Virus record (IMG/VR): IMGVR_UViG_2695420487_000001 | Span: 1-8,021 of that record | Strand: one strand, 5' to 3' | Origin: a virus | Taxonomy: Monodnaviria > Loebvirae > Hofneiviricota > Faserviricetes > Tubulavirales > Inoviridae | Length of the DNA stretch: 8,021 bases | Shown here: one piece after another, positions 1 through 5,871 of the stretch | How the letters are laid out: every line of letters starts with the position of its first letter | How positions within the stretch are numbered: the first letter of the stretch is position 1 | Position numbers and translations under genes: made by a program | The notes under the pieces: generated by a model | What the model was told of the DNA's origin: nothing | Databases searched by the model: none | What the model saw: the letters and a program-made list of their open reading frames with translations, nothing else

Positions 1-135
1 CTGTCGTTCTCAAAATCGGTGGAGCTGCATGACAAGGTCATCGGGCATTATCTGAACATAAAACACTATCAGTAAGTTGGAGTCACTACCCAATTTTTCC
101 ATTGTGGAACTGATAGGGTTCAGTTTCCTCTTATT

Positions 136-157
136 AAACCGTGGTTTCCCACGGTTT
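136..157. other. Perfect 9-bp stem hairpin (aaaccgtgg / ccacggttt, 4-nt loop) immediately beyond the stop of the minus-strand membrane-protein gene
   Basis: Read directly: 136-144 aaaccgtgg, loop tttc, 149-157 ccacggttt. Flanks are only weakly T-rich (tttgaaatt on +), so function as a terminator is uncertain. Confidence 0.3.
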
Positions 158-161
158 GAAA

Positions 162-584
162 TTACCAGTGATATGAATTTCTTCTGTGCCACCAATAAAG
201 CAGCCCGTATCCGATGATAAGAATTCCGAAAAACATCAACGACATTCCCCAGCCAGTTCCATACCACGAAACCATATCATCGAAAACCAATCCACCCGTT
301 TCACGTACTCCGGCAGCTTCCTTAAGGATTGGTTTGAATACCGGAATCAGAAGGGCAATCGCCAGTGGAGCACCCCAGCGAACAAGACCTGTTTCCATTT
401 TGATCCCGAAAAAGATCCCCGCCCCAACAACAAGCAGCCAGACTATCAGGCTAGGCGCAGTTTCCAGAGCTGTTTGCCATTCAACATCGAAAGTTTTCAT
501 TAGCCAGGCAACAACTGCCAGACAGAAAGCAAATATGCCCACGACAACCAGTTCAACGCCGCTTGTTTCGTTATTTCTACTCAT
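162..584 (-). CDS. Hypothetical small integral membrane protein (about 4 predicted TM helices), 140 aa; phage accessory gene or flanking host gene
   Basis: Intact 140-aa ORF with four long hydrophobic stretches (e.g. VELVVVGIFAFCLAVVAWLM, GWGMSLMFFGILIIGYGLLYWW). AAGGA Shine-Dalgarno-like motif about 8 nt upstream of the ATG on the minus strand. The overlapping opposite-strand ORFs lack such features. No family recognised by eye. Confidence 0.6.
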   Translation of the reverse strand: MSRNNETSGVELVVVGIFAFCLAVVAWLMKTFDVEWQTALETAPSLIVWLLVVGAGIFFGIKMETGLVRWGAPLAIALLIPVFKPILKEAAGVRETGGLVFDDMVSWYGTGWGMSLMFFGILIIGYGLLYWWHRRNSYHW

Positions 585-626
585 CCTTTTGATCCTTTTT
601 CACTGTTCAAAATTCGCGCAATAAAG

Positions 627-655
627 AACGTGCAGTGTTGGTAATACTGCACGTT
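627..655 (-). terminator. Candidate intrinsic terminator between the repressor gene and the membrane-protein gene (perfect 10-bp stem, 9-nt loop, CTTTATT on the minus strand)
   Basis: 627-636 aacgtgcagt and 646-655 actgcacgtt are exact reverse complements. On the minus strand the hairpin is followed by ctttattgcg. It lies 28 nt downstream of the repressor stop (683). Confidence 0.4.
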
Positions 656-682
656 AGTCTCATTCCTGAGACCGCTAGCTTT

Positions 683-1129
683 TTACTCTTCGCCTGACAA
701 TGCTTTTTTCATAAACATTTTTGTACTGTAAGTATATGAACTTAATGCAGAAACTTGCCTTGCAAGTGCCAGAATATCTTGCTTCTCCAGTGTTCTGATG
801 TTCCACACGATGAAATTATGCGCGTTCGTGGTTTCTTCATCAGTATATCCGTCCGCAGAAGTTATCAGCTTTCGCTCAGTAGCTTCTTCTTTAACATCAA
901 GAGCATAGCCATAAGCTAAGGTGTTCAAATCTGCGCCAGTAATTTTAGCTATCTGAATTATATCGCTGAATTTAGGTTCAGTTTTGCCGGACGCTATCCT
1001 GACCAGCGTACTTACGCTAATGCCAGTCTTCTCGGCCAGTTCTTCATAAGTCGAGTGTTCCAGAATTGCCTTTTTTATACGTTCTGCTCTCTGTTTGTCC
1101 GCCATAACTTCATGCTCATTGTTGCCCAT
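683..1129 (-). CDS. Helix-turn-helix (XRE / Cro-C1-like) transcriptional regulator, putative prophage repressor, 148 aa
   Basis: Intact ORF. The N-terminal segment EELAEKTGISVSTLVRIASGK has a typical HTH pattern. GGAG lies 7 nt upstream of the ATG at 1129. The gene is transcribed divergently from the replication gene gII, the arrangement seen for repressors of temperate filamentous phages (e.g. CTXphi rstR). The C-terminal roughly 80 residues are unassigned. Confidence 0.8.
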   Translation of the reverse strand: MGNNEHEVMADKQRAERIKKAILEHSTYEELAEKTGISVSTLVRIASGKTEPKFSDIIQIAKITGADLNTLAYGYALDVKEEATERKLITSADGYTDEETTNAHNFIVWNIRTLEKQDILALARQVSALSSYTYSTKMFMKKALSGEE

Positions 1130-1300
1130 CTACTTCGCTCCATCTTAACAGTGGTTTTTCAATAGTCTGATTACATGCTCAGTTCTGACAATTTAAACAT
1201 TGCAAATGTATTGACTGTCAGATCTGAGCATATTACATTGTGACCATTCAATCTGCTCACAAATGACTATTGACACATATTTTGATGGGTGTGACTACTT
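1130..1300. promoter_or_regulatory. Divergent control region between repressor and gII: candidate sigma70 promoter for gII (-35 TTGACT 1211-1216, 17-bp spacer, -10 TACATT 1234-1239) overlapping a 21-nt-arm imperfect inverted repeat (1170-1190 / 1216-1236)
   Basis: Hexamers read from the sequence. The repeat arms match as reverse complements at 17 of 21 positions. A second TTGACA occurs at 1270-1275 without a convincing -10. No experimental support. Confidence 0.4.
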
Positions 1301-2353
1301 ATGATCGACTGGTTTACCGGAATTCTTCCTTGCACACACCGACCGTTACCGGCCGGTAGTGTCGTCAGCGTTGATGCTGACGGTGCAGTGGAGTGGGAAA
1401 CAGTAAAGCGGTTGACCGTTCGCGGTTCATACGAATCCACAATGAAAGTACGATCTGTTGGATCAGACGGGGAGGGCCGGGCAACTCATCTTTATATTGA
1501 CGGAAATCCGTCAAAATTTCTTCAGGGGCATTCTGTTATTGGCTCCGATGATTTGCAGGGGCTGGTATTAACCGCTTACGCAAGAATATTGGCATTACTT
1601 CATATTCCTCATGATCTACCATCCTATCGTCAGGTAATGGCAGGGCAATTTAAGATCTCACGCATTGATATTAACTACATGTATTCATTATCAACGCTGG
1701 AAAATGTCCGCGCATGGCTATATGCCGCAGAATTCAAGGCTAAAACTCGCCATGGTCGCGCCTGTGGTAAAGGTGGAACTGTTTACTTAGGGAAAAACTC
1801 CCGGCGGTGGAGCCTGAAATTTTATTCAAAATATGATGAGCATATTTCTGGTAAAAAAGGACACCAGATAGCAGAAGAGTTTGTTAAAGCTGGCTTACTT
1901 GACTGGTCTAAAGATAAATTACGAATTGAATTGACGCTAAGAACAACAGAATTAATTGACTTAAACCTTACGCTTGGCAGTAACTGGAATATCGATACTC
2001 CAAACAAATTATTCTCTGAATATGTAGGGAGAATAGAAATGAATCAAAATGCCATTTTGACCGATGAAAAAATAGTTAAACTGCCGAGAAAAATACAATC
2101 AACATATTTACTGTGGAAGCAGGGCGCAAACATGAAAGAAATGCTTCCAAAGCCAACATTTTACAGGCACCGAAAAGAATTATTGTCTTTCGGGATAGAT
2201 ATTAATTTTTATTGTGAATCCCCTGATTCAAATAATGTTGTTCCATTAGTAAGAACACTTGAAGCTAAACCAGCCCAAATCCCTACATGGGTTTATGAGA
2301 AAGGTTTTATTTTTGATTACAACCGTATTTCACATGCCAGTAACTGGCATTAA
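1301..2353 (+). CDS. gII: Replication initiation protein pII (rolling-circle nickase, Phage_CRI-type), 350 aa
   Basis: Starts MID... like fd/M13 pII. Conserved blocks recognised from memory of M13 pII: KFLQGHSVIGSDDL vs KVLQGHNVFGTTDL, KISRIDINY vs TISRIDATF, NNVVPLVR near the C-terminus. It is followed by the gV/gVII/gIX/gVIII block as in Ff/IKe. Confidence 0.9.
   Translation: MIDWFTGILPCTHRPLPAGSVVSVDADGAVEWETVKRLTVRGSYESTMKVRSVGSDGEGRATHLYIDGNPSKFLQGHSVIGSDDLQGLVLTAYARILALLHIPHDLPSYRQVMAGQFKISRIDINYMYSLSTLENVRAWLYAAEFKAKTRHGRACGKGGTVYLGKNSRRWSLKFYSKYDEHISGKKGHQIAEEFVKAGLLDWSKDKLRIELTLRTTELIDLNLTLGSNWNIDTPNKLFSEYVGRIEMNQNAILTDEKIVKLPRKIQSTYLLWKQGANMKEMLPKPTFYRHRKELLSFGIDINFYCESPDSNNVVPLVRTLEAKPAQIPTWVYEKGFIFDYNRISHASNWH
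2039..2353 (+). CDS. gX: pX-like protein from in-frame internal start within gII (C-terminal 104 aa of pII)
   Basis: ATG at 2039 is in frame with gII, and MNQNAILTDE aligns with the M13 pX start (MNIYDDSAV) by position within pII. Inferred by analogy only. Confidence 0.45.
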   Translation: MNQNAILTDEKIVKLPRKIQSTYLLWKQGANMKEMLPKPTFYRHRKELLSFGIDINFYCESPDSNNVVPLVRTLEAKPAQIPTWVYEKGFIFDYNRISHASNWH

Positions 2354-2364
2354 AGGAGCGTGAT

Positions 2365-2682
2365 ATGTCTAATTATGGTCTTTTTGTAAAAGGTAAAATG
2401 CTTGGTGCTCGTCAGCGTAATAAAGTCAATGGTCAGGGCTATTACAATGAAATTGGTATCGGTTTAGAGATCCCTGATGGTTTTGGCGGTACTAAGCAAG
2501 ACCAAATAATTATTCGTGTATCACAGTCCCTTGTGAACGCCGGAGTCATGAATCAAGCCAATAGTTTTACGGGGAAATTAGTTCAAATCCCTGTATATGT
2601 TCGTGTCTGGTCAATGGAGGGTAGAGAAGGTGTGACTTATAATATTTCATCAGATGGTGGGATCACTGAAATAAAAGGTTAA
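2365..2682 (+). CDS. gV: Putative ssDNA-binding protein (gene V position), 105 aa; not obviously similar to fd/IKe pV
   Basis: Intact ORF with a strong AGGAG Shine-Dalgarno 8 nt upstream. It occupies the gene V slot between gII and gVII. Function is assigned from synteny, not from sequence similarity. Confidence 0.55.
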   Translation: MSNYGLFVKGKMLGARQRNKVNGQGYYNEIGIGLEIPDGFGGTKQDQIIIRVSQSLVNAGVMNQANSFTGKLVQIPVYVRVWSMEGREGVTYNISSDGGITEIKG

Positions 2683-2684
2683 TT

Positions 2685-2771
2685 ATGGATGATGTTATTC
2701 AAATATTAATAGCATCCGGCATTGTTATTTCTTTTGGTCTTGGTGCTATTACCGCAGGTGTCATTCGTTAA
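2685..2771 (+). CDS. gVII: Minor coat protein pVII-like, 28 aa
   Basis: Small hydrophobic peptide MDDVIQILIASGIVISFGLGAITAGVIR. It starts 3 nt after the gV stop and its stop overlaps the next start (TAATG), as in Ff phages. Resembles M13 pVII (…IQISVVLCFALGIIAGGQR). Confidence 0.6.
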   Translation: MDDVIQILIASGIVISFGLGAITAGVIR

Positions 2772-2866
2772 TGTATATTGTGTATTTCTTCGGGGCTTAT
2801 ACCTTAGGATTTGCCCTTTTCTATGCGGTCGGTTCGTTTAAAACATTATCTGACCGATTAATGTAA
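2771..2866 (+). CDS. gIX: Minor coat protein pIX-like, 31 aa
   Basis: MYIVYFFGAYTLGFALFYAVGSFKTLSDRLM. AGGTG lies upstream and the start overlaps the gVII stop. Position and size match Ff pIX (…YFTRLM…). Confidence 0.6.
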   Translation: MYIVYFFGAYTLGFALFYAVGSFKTLSDRLM

Positions 2867-2895
2867 TAAAACCTAACTTAAATGGAGTTATTTAT

Positions 2896-3138
2896 ATGAA
2901 AGTCATTTCTGTTATTAAATCTAAAATTGCTGTGGCTTCAACCGCACTTTTTGTTTCTGCAAGTTGTTTTGCTGCTGATGGCGCAACGGGTAGCACTGAC
3001 TATGCAGGTCAGGCAATGGATTCACTGCTGACTCAGGCAAACGATCTTATTGCAAAAGTATGGCCTGCTGTTGTCGCTGTCGTTGGTGCGGGTCTTGCCA
3101 TTCGTTTGTTTAAAAAGTTCTCTTCGAAAGCAGTTTAA
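2896..3138 (+). CDS. gVIII: Major coat protein pVIII precursor (signal peptide plus about 54-aa mature coat), IKe-like
   Basis: GGAG 7 nt upstream. Signal peptide ends ...SASCFA. The mature part ADGATGSTDYAGQAMDSLLTQANDLIAKVWPAVVAVVGAGLAIRLFKKFSSKAV closely resembles the IKe/Ff coat (…IRLFKKFSSKAV), with acidic N-terminus, hydrophobic core and basic C-terminus. Confidence 0.9.
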   Translation: MKVISVIKSKIAVASTALFVSASCFAADGATGSTDYAGQAMDSLLTQANDLIAKVWPAVVAVVGAGLAIRLFKKFSSKAV

Positions 3139-3147
3139 AATTCACTC

Positions 3148-3171
3148 AGGGGCACTCGTTGCCCCTTTATT
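3148..3171 (+). terminator. Rho-independent terminator after gVIII (stem GGGGCA / TGCCCC, then TTTATT)
   Basis: 3149-3154 ggggca pairs with 3160-3165 tgcccc and is followed by tttatt. This is the same position as the strong terminator after gene VIII in Ff phages. Confidence 0.7.
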
Positions 3172-3184
3172 AAAGCGGGTTATT

Positions 3185-4428
3185 ATGAAAAGGAAAATAT
3201 TAATTATTTCCGCTATTCTTATTTCTTCTTTTTCACATGCTGATTCATGGGAAAGCATTACTAAATCTACTTTTCAAAGCTCTGCCTATTCTGAAAGTAA
3301 GCAAATAACCAACCAAGATGGCACTAAACAAACTGTTTATTATATTGATGCAGCTATGCAGGCTTCTGCCTGTCAGGGGGCTAAAGACAGTGCTCAGGGT
3401 GTTTTTACTCAGGTTAAACCAACTTATGAGGGAGTATGGCCTAACTCTGAATTCCGTCTTGTGTTTTCTGACGCTTGTACCTACAGCGACTCTCCGGGCC
3501 AGAAAGATAAATACTGGAATTTAACCGCTTATATTATCGGTGATATTCAGCGTTCTATTCCTGATGAAAAACCCTCCGAGCCTACACCTGAAGAAATTTG
3601 TGAAGCTAAACCTCCTGAAGAAGGTGTATTTAATAATGTCTATCTTATGATGGTGATCGTTATATTTATTATAACGGTTGTGAATATGAGGCCACTGGCG
3701 TCATTGTTTGCCAGGGTGATGGCACTGTTTGTGCGGCGACATGGAAGCCTACCGGAACCGTAGCCGATCCTTCAGATAAGCCTTCTTCTCCTGCTGGCGA
3801 TGGTGGGGATACTGGAGGCGGGGATACGGGGGGTGGTGATACTGGAGGAGGTGATACAGGCGGTGGTAACTCAGGTGGCGGTAACTCAGGTGGTAATGGC
3901 TCAAGTATTACCAAAGGAGATATTCAGTCAGCTATTGAAGGTGCTTCACCTAAAATGGCCAGTGAGATTCATGATAAGTTAACAGAAAAAGACACCTCAT
4001 CTGATGATAAAAAATCGGCTGATGAACAGACTAAAAATAATATAAATCGTCTTGGTGACGCTATAAATAACCTTACTCGCGGAGCCGGACGTTTTGCTGA
4101 TCCTTCTGGCGGTGATTCTCGTTATGGGAAAGGGGATTCCGAATTAGACAGTGCTTCAACATTGGCTGAATCCGAATTAGGAATAGCTAAAGATTCTCAT
4201 GGTGCTTTATGGGAAGCATTCCTGAATAAAGGTGCTATGCTCCCTAGTTTACCTAATGGTAATGGTTGTTCTGAACTTGTTATTTTCCCCGGTGAAATTT
4301 ATCAGATTGATATTGAATGCGATAAATTACTTACTATCAAAGATGCGCTTTCATGGATTTTTTATTGCCTTACCTTCTGGTATGTATTTACGTCTTTAAC
4401 CTCATTACTTCGTAAAGGAGGTGAGTAA
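3185..4428 (+). CDS. gIII: Adsorption / minor coat protein pIII, interrupted by a frameshift (N-terminal part in frame 2 to about 3643, remainder in frame 1 from about 3646); pseudogene or sequencing error
   Basis: Signal peptide [19 protein letters not shown]. The span 3185..4428 is 1244 nt, not a multiple of 3. Frame 1 after the shift gives [37 protein letters not shown] (like the fd N1 motif DRYANYEGCLWNATGVVVCTGDETQCYGTW), a Gly-rich linker (GGDTGGG repeats) and a C-terminal domain ending …[36 protein letters not shown] (like fd …CDKINLFRGVFAFLLYVATFMYVFSTFANILRNKES). Frame 1 has no start codon near the shift, so the two parts are one gene. Confidence 0.8.
3796..3900. repeat. Tandem near-identical short repeats encoding the glycine-rich linker of pIII (GGDTGGG x4, GGNSGG x2)
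   Basis: Direct reading: ggtggggatactggaggc / ggggatacggggggt / ggtgatactggagga / ggtgatacaggcggt / ggtaactcaggtggc / ggtaactcaggtggt. The reverse complement produces the spurious proline-rich ORF 3669..3914. Confidence 0.8.
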
Positions 4429-4769
4429 TGCCTTTATTATTAGGTATTCCTGCACTATTGCGTTTTCTTATTGGGCTTGTTCCTTTATTTATTGGCTATG
4501 TGGCAAGCTTCCTCGCACGCCTTGCGACTAAAACAGGATTGATAGCTGTAGCATTAGTTGCATTAATTACAACAACTGTCACTCTCTTAATGCAATATCT
4601 TGCTGAGGTTATGTACAATGGCCTTCCTGCTGATTTTTCACATTTAATTGCATCTGTCTTACCAGACCATTTTCAGGCCTGTGTTAATGTCATTATGATT
4701 ACTCGAATTAGCGTTTTTGTTTTCGATTTAAAACAAAAATTCCTTGATTATGCAAACAAGGTGATTTGA
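4428..4769 (+). CDS. gVI: Minor coat protein pVI, 113 aa
   Basis: [16 protein letters not shown]… resembles M13 pVI MPVLLGIPLLLRFLGF…, and …VFVFDLKQKF resembles …IFIFDVKQKI. Strong AAGGAGGTGA Shine-Dalgarno. The start overlaps the gIII stop and the stop overlaps the gI start. Confidence 0.9.
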   Translation: MPLLLGIPALLRFLIGLVPLFIGYVASFLARLATKTGLIAVALVALITTTVTLLMQYLAEVMYNGLPADFSHLIASVLPDHFQACVNVIMITRISVFVFDLKQKFLDYANKVI

Positions 4770-5864
4770 ATGACGGTTCATGTCGTAACAGGGAAATTAG
4801 GTTCAGGTAAGACACTGGTTAGTGTTGCCAGAATACAGGAAAGACTAGCTAAAGGCTGTCCTGTAGCCACTAATCTAGATATTAAACTACATAATATGCC
4901 CATGGTTGGTCGTTATGCGAAAAAAACACGCGTGATTCGTGTCCCTGACAAACCTTCATTAAATGATCTGCTGGCTATTGGTGTAGGCAATACTTCCTAT
5001 GATGAATCACGTAATGGTCTACTGGTTCTTGATGAATGTGGGACTTGGTTTAATTCCCGTTCGTGGGGGGATAAAGACAGACAGCCAGTTATTGACTGGT
5101 TTTTGCATGCCCGTAAATTAGGCTGGGATATTATTTTTCTGATTCAGGATATTTCGATTATGGACAAGCAAGCACGGCTGGCGCTTGCGGAGCATGTTGT
5201 TTATTGTCGTCGTTCAGATAAGTTAAACATCCCATTTATTGGTTCTTTCATGAATATAATTTCAGGTGCTCGTTTTTCTTTACCAAAGGTTCACTTTGGT
5301 ATTGTTAAATATGGTGACAACGTTAATTCAATAACTGTTGATAAATGGATGTATACCGGAAAGTCATTATATTCCGCCTACAATACAAAACAGGCTTTTA
5401 CTGATAATTATCCGCATGGTGCTTATTCGCTTTTGCCGCCATTTATTACACATGGTCAGTTTTCCGTTAACAAAGGGTTTAATTATTATATGCGCCTCAC
5501 GAAAATTTACTTTCGAAAATCAAACCGATTAATATTAATGCTTTCATTTCTGGCATTGGGGCTTGGACTTGGCTTCTGGCTACAATCTGGTAAGAATGCT
5601 GATGAGATTTCGGCTATTAAATCTGCTCATGCTGAACAGGTGAGGGCAGTAACTCCTGACAGTACCAGCGATTTACCGAGACTATCAATTAATTCCTTCT
5701 CTCAACTTGGTTTTGATGTTTCCGTTACGTTTGTTGATGCTAAGGGTATGAAGTACCAGTATTTTGATTTAATTAAAGATGGTTATTCTGTTGATATTAA
5801 AGATGCCTGCCGAATTGTTATCAGAAAAGGCCGTTATTTACAAAACATCACCTGCCAGGAGTAA
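4770..5864 (+). CDS. gI: Assembly protein pI (Zot-like P-loop ATPase), 364 aa
   Basis: Walker A motif GKLGSGKT at the N-terminus. Long stretches nearly identical to remembered M13 pI (VTGKLGSGKTLVSV, LLVLDECGTWFNSRSW, IDWFLHARKLGWDIIFL, DKQARLALAEHVVYCRR). C-terminal TM segment LILMLSFLALGLGLGFWL. Confidence 0.95.
   Translation: MTVHVVTGKLGSGKTLVSVARIQERLAKGCPVATNLDIKLHNMPMVGRYAKKTRVIRVPDKPSLNDLLAIGVGNTSYDESRNGLLVLDECGTWFNSRSWGDKDRQPVIDWFLHARKLGWDIIFLIQDISIMDKQARLALAEHVVYCRRSDKLNIPFIGSFMNIISGARFSLPKVHFGIVKYGDNVNSITVDKWMYTGKSLYSAYNTKQAFTDNYPHGAYSLLPPFITHGQFSVNKGFNYYMRLTKIYFRKSNRLILMLSFLALGLGLGFWLQSGKNADEISAIKSAHAEQVRAVTPDSTSDLPRLSINSFSQLGFDVSVTFVDAKGMKYQYFDLIKDGYSVDIKDACRIVIRKGRYLQNITCQE
5490..5864 (+). 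CDS. gXI: pXI-like protein from in-frame internal start within gI (codon 241)
   Basis: MRLTKIYFRKS aligns with the M13 pXI start MKLTKIYLKKFS. It is in frame with gI. No obvious Shine-Dalgarno, so expression is inferred only by analogy. Confidence 0.45.
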   Translation: MRLTKIYFRKSNRLILMLSFLALGLGLGFWLQSGKNADEISAIKSAHAEQVRAVTPDSTSDLPRLSINSFSQLGFDVSVTFVDAKGMKYQYFDLIKDGYSVDIKDACRIVIRKGRYLQNITCQE

Positions 5865-5871
5865 TATTATT

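Noticed and set aside
1-161. Search for a second dif-like site or tRNA-type attachment site at the left end
   Set aside because: Only a weak partial match (tctgaacataa, 8/11 to a reverse-complemented XerD arm, no XerC arm) was found. Not enough to call an att site; the left junction may lie outside the window.
10-267. 85-aa minus-strand ORF at the left edge
   Set aside because: It overlaps the membrane-protein gene (162..584) on the same strand in another frame, and has no ribosome-binding site or recognisable features. Likely spurious.
186-624. Plus-strand ORFs 186..503 and 214..624
   Set aside because: Both lie antisense to the 4-TM membrane-protein ORF, which has a Shine-Dalgarno motif and coherent hydrophobic helices. 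Their translations are low-complexity Pro/Ser/Thr/Arg-rich, typical of antisense frames.
1822-2007. 61-aa minus-strand ORF inside gII
   Set aside because: Embedded antisense within the well-supported pII gene; no independent support.
3050-3184. Upstream extension of the gIII ORF (start at 3050)
   Set aside because: It would overlap the gVIII coding end and run through the terminator hairpin. The ATG at 3185 gives a canonical signal peptide directly after the terminator, matching Ff gene III organisation.
3318-3524. 68-aa plus-strand ORF in an alternative frame within gIII
   Set aside because: Internal alternative-frame ORF inside the pIII N-terminal domain; no start context or homology.
3669-3914. 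81-aa minus-strand proline-rich ORF ([16 protein letters not shown]…)
   Set aside because: Reverse-complement reading of the Gly-rich pIII linker repeats; an artefact of the repeat composition.
3800-3982. 60-aa plus-strand ORF in an alternative frame across the linker and C-terminal domain
   Set aside because: Out of frame with the pIII C-terminal domain, whose frame gives clear fd-like sequence.
5338-5532. 64-aa plus-strand ORF in an alternative frame inside gI
   Set aside because: Embedded in the strongly supported pI gene in another frame; distinct from the in-frame gXI start at 5490.
5779-5871. N-terminal extension of gIV (track ORF start at 5779)
   Set aside because: The extension lies within the 3' end of gI in another frame. 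The ATG at 5872 follows the gI stop, has an AGGAG Shine-Dalgarno and begins a typical signal peptide matching the pIV N-terminus.
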